A stretch of 64,000 nt of DNA from NCBI GenBank assembly GCA_963693365.1, contig CAVNZM010000002.1:17579615-17643614 (forward strand). Reading direction: 5' to 3'. Shown piece after piece: positions 1 to 13,663 of this stretch. Below the pieces are notes generated by a model. That model worked only from the letters and a program-made list of their open reading frames with translations. It did no database searches and was not told where the DNA came from. Position 1 is the first letter of the stretch. The number at the start of each line of letters is the position of its first letter. The position numbers and the translations under genes were made by a program. This DNA is from Amoebidium appalachense. Lineage: Eukaryota; Protista; Ichthyosporea.

Positions 1-3000
1 GGTCCCAACATCTTTGGGTCCTCGAGTTCGAGTATCAATATAACTTATGCGAATGCGCTTATTGGGTGCACTAGCTCATATACTGAGACAGAAATAATGA
101 TTTTATTAATAAGAAGAAATATTGTTTTGTGAAAGCAATAGACCGGCTTTCTTCAAACCGAGTCCTTGTTTGTCCTGTGACATGTTGCAGCCTGAGTTTT
201 GGGATTTTATAGGCACTTGAGCCAATCCTATCGTACAGCCAATGGGGACTCGCCATAAGCTAAGGAACGTGCTACGATAAACGGGAAATTCCTTGCTATT
301 TCCCTTAGTGAACCTGACTTTAATGAATTTGTTTTTTGCCTTCTGCATCATGGCGTGTGCAAGCTACAATACATCCATGCACGTAACAACAACGATCATC
401 AATTCATCATATATACCTGCCCGACTTGTTTTGACAAACTGAGCCTCGGACTCGTCGAGTGTCGGTTGGTGGTTTCCAACTTTGTTGTTCAATAACGCGG
501 TGAATATGCTGCATATTCCTTTAGGACCCACTCAAGAGTTTGAAAAATCGGCTTTAGACTTTTTGTTGAATTCTGTTGGTCGTCACATTGAGTATTTATA
601 TGATTTTCACACAGTGTTCAGGTATCTCAGTATGCACTTGTTACTGGATAACTCGTGAAGTTTTTATTGTCTTCTCCGTATGCCGTGCATACTTGCATAT
701 CTTTCCGTTGAATAAATCCAGTCAAAAGAAAAAAAAATCGGCCCAAAATGAAGGGGGTTCAATCAAAATTGGATATTGCAGGATTCTCGTGTACGTAATA
801 CTCTACATGTTAGTGACGTCGGCAAAAATGATGCAGCCCTGCCGGCGCGCAATTGCAAAAACACAGTATACGTACGTAGTGAGCATCCCCAAAGGAAAAA
901 GGAAGGGCATATAGACCTATATCAGCAATTCAGGTGTTTGTAATCATTTGTATCCACTTTCAGAACCATACAGATTCCGTACTTTTCACACGGTTTATAC
1001 GAGAACCATGCATTTGGCCTACCGTGAAACACTGCCAGTACAACGGATGCAACCAGCCAAATGATTTACCCCTCCTCTGATCCTCATATAAATAGTGTGC
1101 TCACGGCATGATTCATCATCGTCTTCGACTCAGTGACAGACTGAATTTAAACTTCGTCACCTTGCGAGAGAGAAATAAGGTAGCCACCCCTCTGCATGAG
1201 AAAATCTGCAACATCAAAGGAACATCGACACAGGATTCCCGCTTGGACTGTTCTTCGTTATACTCTAGGCCCACTTGCAATGGCCTTGGAGAATGTGCAA
1301 CCAAAATTTGTAACACAAACTATATGATATTGCATACACGTTGCACCGATGTTGTTGGAGATCCCCCAAGAACCACACAGAATGCGAACTCCAAAAGTCA
1401 CCCACATTCCCTTTTTCTTTCAAGTTAGCGCCGGTGTTGCCAACGCGAAGTCTCTTTTTTCGGCGCCAAACGACTTCAAACTACGCGACACCGCGCAAAC
1501 GCAACGGCTGCCCATCATAGTTCTGCCTGCACCCGATTCATCCGAACCCACACATACGACAGAAGATATGGCGCCAACATCAACAATCTGCAGTCTCGTC
1601 ATGAAGGGACCACAGGACCCAGAACACCTGCTCCTGCCCACGTGGCCTGAGCATGTGTTGAGGTTAAAGGCTACCCGTCCCTTGCAGCCACGTTCACGAA
1701 AATACAACCCGTACTGAAAGTTTAGATGCTGGCACCTGTTCAAAAAGTTTGATATGAAGATGGATCTGTACTGTATACACCACATCTGTGTACACCGATC
1801 CGTACATAGTTGCAGGTGTAGCTGTCGGACCTTTTTTTTAAAAAAAAAAAAAATTACGACGGTAGTCTGTGCTTTACTGTCTTTTAGTACTGTTTTTATG
1901 TATGTTGAATGAATGCTTCTATAAAAACCTTTCAGTATTTGTTCTCCGTGTGCCAGTGCGCGGTTTGTAAGTAGCTACACAAGTATTTTGTGCCTGGCTG
2001 TATATATGTTGGAGCGGCAGGTCCTCGAAGCCCCTGACTTAGTGACTGTCAAATTCAATATGAAGGTGCAGAGACCTTTTCTTTCTTTCAGAGAGTGTGT
2101 GGCCCAACCTGGACCCCTTATTATAGCGGCTGGTTGCTCAGCTTTGTTCAGACCCACGAAAACTGGCCCATCCCCTCACTTCACCCTTAGAATTTATGTG
2201 CAAGTAACCATCCTTCTCCCACCACAATGCAACAACACCTGTGTGAACTTCAGTTGATCAAGAACAACGACCCACACCAAGAACTGACAACTTGAACACG
2301 TGCACCGTTATGCTTCGAGTAACCCGGTACACATAAGCTTTATACTGCTTAAAGATCTCGGAGTTTGCATGCAGCAATCAGCAACTGGCTACTACTCCCC
2401 ACTCCCCTCTCCTCTCTCCCCCCTCCACCCCCCCCCCCCCCCCCCCCCCCCCACAAAAAAAAAAAAAAAAAAAAGAAAAGGGGAAAGAAAAAAGTCCAGA
2501 TTTGTGTATGAGTGTGCGGCACGAAGGTACACGGTTTTGTTGAACTGCAGCTGCAGAGTGGCAAAACACAAGTCAAAAGACAAACACGGATTCGTTCGTT
2601 TACCATTAACACGTGCCAGCACGGTGTTCTGATCATTTGCCTGTCTTGACAAGTGAGCATGTGCCTACCTTTGTTCAATAACCTCTGTTATTATAAGCTC
2701 TTTCAACATGATAACATGATATGTATGCAGCATTCGAAATGTTTAGGTTACACGCCAACACAGGCAAGGGCCGGTGTGTGCCGTGGAGGTAAAACAAGCC
2801 ACTTAGGCTACCGGCCACCATATATACCAAAGTGGAGGGCCAAAGTGAGAGCCTCTATTAAGTCAGGCGAACAGCTAGTTGGCTCCTAAAATAGCATAAC
2901 ACATCACAGCACTGTTCCCCCTGCTACCCCTCCCCCCCTCCCCCTCCCTTCTCCCCCCCCCCCCCCCCCCCCCCACAAAAAAAAAAACCAAAACCAAAAC

Positions 3001-3228
3001 CAAAACCCCTTCCCCCTAAAAAAAATAGGCAGGGGGCAAAAAAGGAAAAAAAAAAAAATAACGAGTGGGAGGCTTGAGCGCATGACACACACTTTACGAG
3101 GACATTCAGATCACACCACAAGAACACAACAACGAGCTGGGTTCTTTTAAGAGACCTGGGCATACATTCACACCTTCTAGAAAACCGGTAGGTAGGATGG
3201 TGTTGCAAGGAAGCCATAGGTTCTGCCT

Positions 3229-3283
3229 TCAGCCCAACACCAACTTCATGACAATTATCACGATGTTGACACCGATGAGTGGA

Positions 3284-3323
<40 letters not shown>

Positions 3324-4019
3324 CGCGCGCGTCACGGTGTGTTAAGTGGGCCTGTGAGTGAGCGAATGAGTGTGTGAGTGAGTGAGTGTGTGCGTGCACA
3401 CACGCTGTGTGGTTAGGGGGGGGGGGTGTGTGCATGGGTGTGTAGAATCCGACAGCCGTAGTGCTTTTTGATATACCACGCACTTAAATAAACGACTGAA
3501 TTGAGAACCTGCAGCCGTCCCGCTCCCTTCCCCCCCCCCCCCCCCCCCCCCCCAAACACACACACACACACATACTGCGGCAAACAAAGAACATGCACCA
3601 TTCACAGTTATTTATCACACTGTCTATCGCCGAAGAGCGTTAACAGAAACACACAGACAGATTTAGCCCGATCTCAACGACCCACAACATCTATTGTTGT
3701 TTTTGCGTTCCAATCTTAGTTCGTGTGCGAGCTTTTGTGTGCGAGTTCCTTTTTTCTTTTTTCTGTTCTTTTTTTTTTTTTTTTTTTTTTTTTGTCCCCT
3801 TTCTTTCCCTCTGTGGGGGACGAGGGGGGAGGGAGGGGAGGGGGGATGGGCATTACGGAGTACAAAGTACACATTTTAAACATTGCCAACACAACCCATA
3901 TTTTAAAAGGAAGAAAAGAGCACACACAAGGACGTGTGTGTGTGTGGTGGTCGTGGTGGTGGTCGGGGGGGGGGGGGGGGGGGGGAGGGGGTTTGAGGAG
4001 GGTGAGGGGAGGAAGGCGA

Positions 4020-4051
<32 letters not shown>

Positions 4052-4191
4052 GCTTGTAACATACAGGTTGTGACGGTCTGTATGGAGTTGATGAGGAAGC
4101 CTATCTTCTGCTTGGCAGAACTTTCCTGGCCAAAGCCCTGCGAGTTCTGCAGCTGCTGGTAGCTCAGACCCACTGCAGGGGAGAGGGGTTA

Positions 4192-4224
<33 letters not shown>

Positions 4225-5036
4225 GGCGCACGCGCATGTGTGTATGTGTGTGTATGTGTGCCTGTATGTGTGTGCACGCGTGCGTGCCTGTGTGTGTGTG
4301 TGTGCCTGCGTGCGCGTCTTGTGTGTGTGTGCCTGCGTGACATCTTTGTGCGTGTGTGCACGCTCTGTGTGCATGTATGTGATGTGTCCGAATGTATGTG
4401 TCTGTTAACGCGCGCGCATGGGTGTATGTGTGTGTCGGGAGCGTGGAGGGGAGGCAGGAGGGAAGAGAGACGAGGGAGGCGGAGGGGGAAGGGGGGGGGG
4501 GGGGGGGGGGGGGGGAGGGGGGGGGGGGTACGACATTTATTTGTGTCGAGCACGTATCTTTAGATGTCATCAAACGAGTTGGGTGCGTGTGTTTGTGTAC
4601 AGCATTCTGCCGTAAATACGGTGGGCGTATGTGTGGTGCGCTGAAGTTGGTGGGTGTCAAGCACGTCTGAAACTGTGTGCAAACGTGTGTCAGCTCTATC
4701 GAGATGTGCGTATGAAGCAGCTGTGCGTGCACTCCGCAATTCCTAGCGTGTGTGTGTTCCCGGCATCGGACGTGACTAACCGCTTCTAGGTACGAGTCAG
4801 ACGCTTTTAAAAAACAATGCAAACCCCAGCACAGAATCCCTACAAAGCAGTTTCAGTAACTGTCCCAATCCTAACAGTGATTCTTTGGTGTAAGAAAGGA
4901 AGTGTGGAATTCGAAACATGACTTCAGCGGGTCAACTGAACAGACCTTTCCTTAGAAACCGTGGCTCGTTTAGCACCACTACCCCGTTGAGCGCAAGCAG
5001 CAGCGCAAGAAAGAGCTCGCCAAGTGAAAACGCCAT
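3229..5036 (-). CDS. IER3IP1: Immediate early response 3-interacting protein 1 / Yos1 (ER-Golgi small membrane protein), 3 exons, 84 aa
   Basis: Exons 5036-4946, 4172-4065 and 3284-3229 join via GT-AG introns with matching phases. Product: MAFSLGELFLALLLALNGVVVLNEPRFLRKVGLSYQQLQNSQGFGQESSAKQKIGFLINSIQTVTTYPLIGVNIVIIVMKLVLG*. This matches the Yos1 family pattern (LxxNxxxVLxExRFL, GFG.E, PLIxVN, terminal LG). Confidence 0.93.
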
Positions 5037-6562
5037 GTTGTCCTCCTGTTTTCCCCTTGTCAAGTTTTTTTGTTCTTGGTCGACTCACTCTGTTGTCCGC
5101 CCGTAGACGTACCCTGCAGTACTTGTAGTGGTTGCGAAGGGGTTTGGACTGTTCGGACAAACATCAGAACGGGTCGAAACCGGCCCGATTAGCACGATTC
5201 GGCTCGTTATGTTTGTGGTAAGCAACAACGAGTGAGAACATAGGTCATGTTTTTTTAGTTGCAAGCCAGATCTATGTTTTGTGTGTGACGCATTGAAAAT
5301 TCGGGAAAGGCTGCACTGTGCAACATGCTTTGGTTGTTTCTCAGCACGCAGTATGTAAGTTGTCGGTGCCATGTAAACTCGACCCGGCACGGTCAGGACT
5401 TAATTGGCTCACACTGAAATCAGCCCACTGGTAGAACACCCCCACTCCTCCAGTAGGCTATATATATGTACCGTAGCATGCATGCCACTCTGAGCCCCGG
5501 GGGTCCATGTTGACACTGAATTGAAACACTGCGTGGTGAGAGCACCTGTGCCATATCAATACATTATGCATACACACATATGCACCGGTTATAGTTGCTA
5601 TTGAGTAAAACCTTATAGTTGAGCAAACATGTAAGTCGACTTCCAGTCCACGTGTGTGCATCGATCTCGAGATGGCCAACTGACTGCCCTGCATGTCAGT
5701 GCAGAGTTGCCTGCATGTGGTTATTCCGTTGCAGCATGCAACACATTCGATTTCGCACAGATGTGCGTGCACCCCATGCAACTATATAGTGCAGGCACTT
5801 GCAATGTTCCGGAGCGCAATTGCGCAAAGGCATGCATATGCAGTGAAAAATCTACTCATCTACACGTGCATGATGTCACGCTTGCTTCACGACTGCGCAG
5901 TGCCATGCAAACCTAGGTGCTCATGGTGCAAGGCCAGTGTGTTTAGGATTGCACGTGCACGTGAATAGATTCAAGCACCTGTCCATTGCTCCAGTGGCTC
6001 CGCGCGCGGTTCAGACTTCAACTTTTTATATATTATTAACAGGGTTGGCCCCATAGGGCTCCAAATACACAATCAGAAATACAAGCACAATATGACAAGG
6101 GGGCCTAAGATTTCTGGTGCCCCACATAGGACGTTACGTGGTTGTTTGGCTACAAAAAATATGGGCTGTTCACTGGCCCGGGTGCATATATGCCTATCTG
6201 TGAGCTATTTGAGCTTCATGCAGGCTTATCTAAAACCGTGTGTGTGCTGTGTGTGTGTGACTGTAACTACACGTGCGTGTGGGTGGCAAACATGTGCCAT
6301 GCACATCATGATATGTGGTGTGTCTGAAAGTTGTGCCACGGTGTGTATTTGTTTGTTTGTTTGTTTGTGTGTGTGTGTCTGTGTGTGTGTGTGTGTTGCG
6401 TGCGCGTGTGCGCACGTGTGTGTGGTGTGTGTGTGTGTGTGTGTGTGTGTGAGTGTGTTGGCCAGATGTTAACCATTTTCATGCTTGGCCTACGTAAACA
6501 TACACTGCTTCGTCCCTACTTCGACTCTGTCCTATGCCTCCAGTCACTACCCCTACGTGCCG

Positions 6563-9025
6563 TCATTCAGCAGCGGACCATGGCCTATAGAGGGTGTGTG
6601 CGGCGGCCAGCTTAGGGGGTTGCCGTGGGTCGCCCTCCTGCGCCCGGTACATGCCCGGTGCAGCCCCCAGCCTGTCCTGCCCATAGCCGTACAGCTGCCC
6701 GTTTTCGGCCCGACCCGTTTCCATTGCCCCTGCTGGCCGCTGTGGTGACGGGCCATACCCAAAGCGCGTCCGATCCGGCCCGAGGTCCTTCCGGTCCACC
6801 ATGGCACCCCGAGCATCGAAGCTGTCGTAATCGGGTCGGGCCGGCTGTTTCTGACCCGTTTGGACCCCCAGGCGGTCCATCTGCTGCATGCGCTGGGGGT
6901 ATGGCTGGGCCATGGGGTCCTGCATGCGGTCCGGGTAGGGGCTGCGCGCCTGTGGCTGCTTCTCCCTGTCCATGTAGCCATAGTCCCGGCCCATGCCGTA
7001 GCCCTGCACGGGCCCCCTTGCTGGTCCCTCCTGTCCCCCCGCCCAGTACCCGGCCATGCCCTCCCGCGGGCCGCCAGGCATATCCGGGTCACGGTACGGG
7101 CCACTGGGCATGCGGGCGGGCTGTTGGTCCCAGGGCTGGTGCATGGGCTGGGCTGGGCGGGGGCTGTGGGCATCTCTGGGCTGGTGCTGGGGGTCCAGCC
7201 TGTCCTGCTGGCGGTCTGCAGCAGCCATGCGGTCCATGAGGTGCTGGTGCCTGGGCCCGTATGTGGTGCGGCGCATGGCCTCAACGCCCTTCTGGTGCAC
7301 CAGCAGCAGCCGCTGCTTCTCGGCCTCATCAAGCGGCTCCTTGCCCTTGGCCTCCCCCCGTGTCTTGACACTCTCGATCTTCACTCCCTCCCCTGCGCCA
7401 CCGTACTCACCAAGCGACCCCCGTCGCAGTCTCTCAGAGGGGTCTCCCCCGGGCCCAGGGATGCGCTTCTCACGCATGCCATAGTCCATGGATGTTGGTG
7501 GCGGTGGTGTCGCATAGCGAGGTCGGGCCGCAACGCCTGGCGGGGGCATGCGGGGGGGTGCAGAGCCAGGGGGCCAGCGGTCGGCAGGGTGGCGCACTGC
7601 AGGCCGGTCCATGGGGTGGCCCATGTCGCTGGCCCGCTCACTGTCCCCATAGCGCGGCACCGGCCCGGCAAACGCAGATGGCCGCTGACCCGACCCATAT
7701 GGCACAGCCCGTGGATCGGCCCGGGGGTCACCCCATGAATCGGCCCGCGGGTCGCCCCGTAGATCTGCCCTTATGTCAGCCCGTGGGTCAGACCGTGGGT
7801 CATTGCGTGGATCGGCCACGGGTCGCGGATCAACCCGTTGATCGGCCCGTGGGTCGAGTCGTGAGTCGGTTCGTGGATCAAGTTGCTGAGACCCGCGGTG
7901 TTCTGCCGGTGGGACGAGGCTGGCCCGTTGAACGGGTGGGCCATGGTGCTGGCCCACATTGCGGTAGTCGGGTCGCTGTGGCTGGGTCGGGCTGGTGCCG
8001 GCCCGGTAGTCGACCCGTTGATCGGGCCGGGCCATCGAGTCACCTCGGTCCATAGGGTATTGGGCGGGGTTTGGTGACTTGCGAGGTGAGCCGGGGAGGA
8101 TGGCCTCCTGTCGGTAAGTGTGCGGGTGAGTGGGTGTGGGCGTACCAGTGTGTGTGTGTGTGTGTAGCTGTTTGCAACACACCTATGCTCGGCAAGATGA
8201 CGTGGCCCACGCATGCGACAAACAAAAGCACACACCCACAGCCAGGAAAGCAAGTACAGAACAGAGTGAAAGGCGTTCGGTCAACACACACTGGCACACA
8301 GGCACCCCACACCCCTTGTGCAATACCTAAACACTCCCCACGGCACCTTCCCTCACATCTATCTGCAGCAGCATCAGGTCAAAACAAGTGGACCCAGGGC
8401 CATAGAATCACACAAGATGAGCGCAACATACGTGTGTGCACACTTGCAAGCACACCACAGACACGTGCACAGGCATGCACCACCATATCACACCACACAC
8501 AAGATTAAGTCCATCTGTCAAGAACCTGTTTTCTCCCAGCCCCCATCCACCAGCCACTGCCTGCCCTGACTGTGCATGTGGGCCTCGGAGCCACTCACCG
8601 CTGCCGGCTGCAACCTGCGCTGGGCCTGCTCCATGGGCTGCTCCTCGTGCCCGTCATATCCCCACCGCCGACGCTTCTCTGCAGGCCCATCGGCCCGCTG
8701 GAAACAAAGAAAAGACATACAGTTAGCAAGGGGAGGGAAAGGGTAGGTCGTGCTGGTGGCTGTGTGCATGTGAGAAGTTGGAATGGGTGGTGAGGGATTT
8801 GTGTTTGGGCATTGTGTTTGGTAAGGGATCTGGGGGCTTTCACAGTGACACCAAAAGATGTATGTGTTGCTGTTTTGTGGGATGAGGGGGTGGAATGCGG
8901 TTAACAAGGTACCGCTGCCAGGGAGGGGGGGGAGGGGGGGGGGGGGAAGGGGAGAGGGGGGATGGCGAAGGAACATTCTGTGCTTTGCTGCAGAGAAATG
9001 AGGGGTTGGGACTGCCCGTGGGGGT

Positions 9026-9069
<44 letters not shown>

Positions 9070-9171
9070 ACGCATGCATCCACACACGACACACAAACTG
9101 CAAACCAACCCACCCTTCCCTACCCATTTCCCCCAGAGGAAACAAGGCCACCCCCCAACCCCCCTACCCCC

Positions 9172-9240
<69 letters not shown>

Positions 9241-9401
9241 CTCGCACACGTGCACACACACAGCTCGTCATTCCTCCCCCCCCCCCCACCACCACCACCA
9301 CCACCACACACAGACACACCCAAATCCACACCCCCATATACCCACCACATCGCCACACCAAACCCGCGGACACTGACCCATCCCCACAAATATATGGCAC
9401 C

Positions 9402-9464
<63 letters not shown>

Positions 9465-9580
9465 CCAATCCGCCCCACCCCCCCACCCACACAGCCTACA
9501 ACCACACAAACCACACAAGTACCGACCCACCCACCTACACATGAGCGCAAGCGCATCCACAACCCATCCACACACACACG

Positions 9581-9629
<49 letters not shown>

Positions 9630-12399
9630 CACATCCAGACGGACGCACGCACACAAATGCCATGAGAACACACCCACGCCCTCACCTCCACACATCCACC
9701 CATCCCCGCCCACCCACACCCATCCACACACACACACAACCACCCACCCACTGATCTACACATCCACACCAACAAACACATATCCCCGTCCACCCTACCA
9801 CCCACCCACAACATCCCCACCCACCCTACCACCCACAACCACCCACGCACTCACCCACACACACACCCTCACCCACGCACGCACGCATGCACCCACTCAC
9901 GCACGCACGCACCCACTCATGCACGCACCCACACACGCACGCACCCACGCACGCACGCACCCACACGCCCACACATACAGGCACGCACGCACGCATGCAT
10001 ACACACCCACACACACACCCACACACCCAGCCATGCAAATGCGCATGCACACACGCACCTGGTCGCCATAGTCGCCCATAGAGTCCAGCATTCTCTTCTT
10101 GCCCTGCTCCAGCACCGGCCCACCCCCCATGCCCCGTGCGCCCCCCATCTCCCCATACTCGCCCCTGTCACCGTCCTCCCCCCGCAGGGCCTGTCTCCCC
10201 TGCCCGTCACCCTTCCTGGCATGTGCATAGTCCGCGACATGTGGTGGGGGTGGGGGTGGTGCGGCCATGCGGGGTCTGCGTTGGCGCTGTGCCGTGGGCG
10301 CCGCAGGTGGGGGCTGTGAGCTGGACCGCCAGCGGTAGTCAAATTCCTCGGCCTGTACCATATGAGACCCCTTGCGCTCGGGTGCACCACCAACAACAAT
10401 CTCGGGTCGGGATGGGGGATTGACGGGTCGGGTCGGGTCGGGCTGGCTTTGCCGTGGTGGTCCACGTGCTCCCGGTGGTGGCCATATTGGCCTGTAGACG
10501 GGCTGCATGTAGGAGGGGTCCCCGCCGGGGGGTTTTGCGTCGGCCGGTGTGGGTTGTGTATATGTGAATTTCGGGGGGTAGTGGGTGCTGAGGCCAGCTG
10601 ACGAGGGGCTAGGGGGGGCTTTTGGTTTTTCCATGAGTCTGGGGGGACCGGCCTGCTGGGCCTGGGGGCTGGGTGGCATGGCGGCACGTGGAGATGGGCC
10701 CCGAGGTGCCCGGGGTCTGGGGTTGGGGGGTGTTTAAGTAATAGACACAGCAGGGGGGTGTAAAGCCACGCCCATGCTACTTCAGAGAGCCAACCAGGGA
10801 GGGGGGGGATTTGGAAACCACATTTAAAGCCACACCCATGCTAGTTCAATCAGAGAGGCTACGAATAGTCTACCAGAGGAGGAGGAGGAGGAAGGGGGGG
10901 GGGGGGGGGTTTGAATGCGTCAAAAAGTACGGGGGGGGGGGGGGGGGGGGGGAACCAACAATAAATTCCGGGCCGGATCATTCGGCAGAGAAACATCCAA
11001 AAAGTACAACCTCCCCCCCACCCACCCCACACACCCACCCCACCCCCCCCACCCCCCAAACCATGCCAAGCGTACACAGGCATCCCCCAGACAAAAAAAA
11101 ATGGGTTGTGCCCGAACACGTTTCCGTTAACTGCCCGCCAATAAAGAAAAGCAGCACACTAGCCGACACTTCCAAGCCCTTAGAGACCCATGCACACAGA
11201 CACACCACATCTAAAATCCAGAAGGTCACCCAAAATCCATCCACAATAAATCGACATCCCTTTCTAACCCCATAAAATCCCTATAACATCCACTTACCAT
11301 CACACAGCCGCATGTGCATACATACACCCGCACCACACATACAATGTGCTTATAGACAAGAATGAACAGAACCCCCCACATGCAGGCACCAGCAAGAGCA
11401 CACACACACAGTGACACGAGAGCACAGGCACACACACACGGACCCATATGCGCATACAGTCATAATAACATCAACACACACACACACACACACACACATG
11501 CACGCACACACGCATGCACACACACATACATATGTGGCACATGCACGTGCACACGCATGCACACACACATACACATGTGGCACATGCACACACATACACA
11601 TGTGGCACATGCACACACACCTTTGTGGTGGAGCATGGCCTGGGTCCCATGGTGGAGGGGGTCCTCCTGGGGACGGCGTGGGTGGGCCAGAATGGGGGCC
11701 ACTTGGGGGCACGGTCTGCTGGGGGGCAGAGCATCAGGGGCTGTCACGTGCACCGCCTACCATGTACACAACACTACCATGTGCACAACCTACCACGACA
11801 CAACACACCACCACGTGCAAAACATTCATGTGCACTGCATCAACGTGAGTGCGCCACACCACCACCCCAACACGTGCACCACCTAACCACGTGCACCACC
11901 TAACCACGTGCACCACCTAACCACGTGCACCACCTAACCACGTGCACCACCTAACCACGTGCACCACCTAACCACGTGCACCACCTAACCACGTGCACAA
12001 GCACCACGACGTGCAACATTCAAGTGCACTGCATGCATATCCACGTGAGTGCACCACACCACCACCCCAGCACGTGCACCCACCTGTGTCTGTGCTGGGG
12101 GCTGTGGTTCTGTGCCTGCAGAAGATACTGACGACCGGGGAGGCTGGGGGCCTGGCCGGGAGGCCATAGCCACACGCACCCATTTCTCACGCCTTGAGGG
12201 GTGGGTGGGCCGCTGCAGGCTGGGGGGAGGTTGGGTTGATTAGGTTGGGGTGTGAGATACCGAACATGGTGTCTGGGTGGGTGTGGTTGCATCCATCATG
12301 AAAAGAGAAGAGAGAGTATGAGAGTGTGGGTTGCGTGCTGGCGCTTTACTTGCACATCTTTGCTTGCACGTATGTGAAGGGGGCAGGAAGGAGGGGGAA

Positions 12400-12435
<36 letters not shown>

Positions 12436-13616
12436 TGAATGCGTCAGAGAGTACGAAGCACACGAGAACAACGGATAACACGATACGATGCGCACGGGGG
12501 GGGGGTTGTACCTGTCGGGCAGTGGTGGGAGGGCTATTTTGATTGGACGCTTATTCTCCATGGTAACCATGGATGGTGCCGACGGAGGTTGGGCTGTGGG
12601 GGTGGGTGAGGGCCGCTCAGACGGGTTGGGGGGCACCACGGCTACAGACGCTGACCACGTGGCTGCCGTGGGGGCTGTGGGTGCTGTGATTGTGTTTTAG
12701 TTAGCCAATGGATGGTGGGGGGTAAAATGGTAGCGCTGTGCTTGGTGTAATCATATTTAGGTGTTCTGTCATGGATTTTATGGATATATGGTGTGTGCTA
12801 AAGCAGTGAATGGCCTGCAGGGTGCCTGTTGAGTTAAAACTCTCACTCAAACACAATTGTCACGGGTTGTAGCAGACGGCTAGCGGTATGGTGACATCCC
12901 ATCCAGTGCACAGGGGCCAAGCATTTACTACCTTTATGTTGACTTGGGTAGGTAACATGAAAACTTTGAGCAAAGCCAAGGTAGGCATGTCTTCTGGATT
13001 TCCATAAAACCATATTCTAATCATCCAGATCTGCCGTGTCTTTGTGTATAGTTGCCAGTGTCTGTACGTGAATGATTGTGTCCGTGTATGACTGTCTGTG
13101 TACCTGTGTATCTGCTGATGAATCTCTCTTCTCTCTCTCTCTCTCTCCATCCAACCCCCCCCCCCCCTCCCCCCCCCCTTCCCCCCCCGCTCCATCCTCC
13201 GCGCACCCCTCCCCCTCTCGCACTCTTCTCCCCCCCCCCCCCCCCCCCCCCCCCTCCTCTCTCTTCCTTCTCTTTTTCTCTCTCTCACTGTGTGTGTGTG
13301 TGTGTGCACATGCATGTGCAGTGCAGATAATGCGCATACCTGTTGTTTGTGTCTGTGTGGTAGTAGTTATGTTCTCGCCAAACAGCACATCCATGACCAT
13401 ATCTGCATCCAGACTGATCTCCTCACTGTCCAGCAATGTCTGCACTGCCCCAAGTGTGCCAGATGCAGTGCTCTGCCCTAGGGCATGCTGCCGTGCATTC
13501 TGTGTGGACAGTGGTGCGCGTGGTTAGCGTGGTGTGTAGAAGTGAGAGGGGGTGTGGTTGGTGGTCAGGATGTGTGTGTGTATATGTGTGTGTGTGTAGT
13601 GTCTCCCTCTCTCTCT

Positions 13617-13663
<47 letters not shown>

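Noticed and set aside
1-2300. Short ORFs or a possible small-intron gene or TE remnant at the window start
   Set aside because: No recognisable domain and no unique consistent exon chain; left unannotated.
6553-7738. Overlapping long ORFs in alternative frames and on the opposite strand of the large last exon
   Set aside because: Expected shadow ORFs of a GC-rich, low-complexity coding exon.
8895-10071. Long His-Thr / Cys-Val / poly-Pro / poly-Gly ORFs (here and throughout the ORF track)
   Set aside because: They are translations of stop-free (CA)n, (GT)n and G/C homopolymer intron repeats, not proteins.
11871-11997. Tandem arrays as CRISPR-like or telomeric repeats (CCTAAC within the 17-mer)
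   Set aside because: No unique spacers or cas genes, eukaryotic intron context, and the unit is not a tandem TTAGGG-type repeat.
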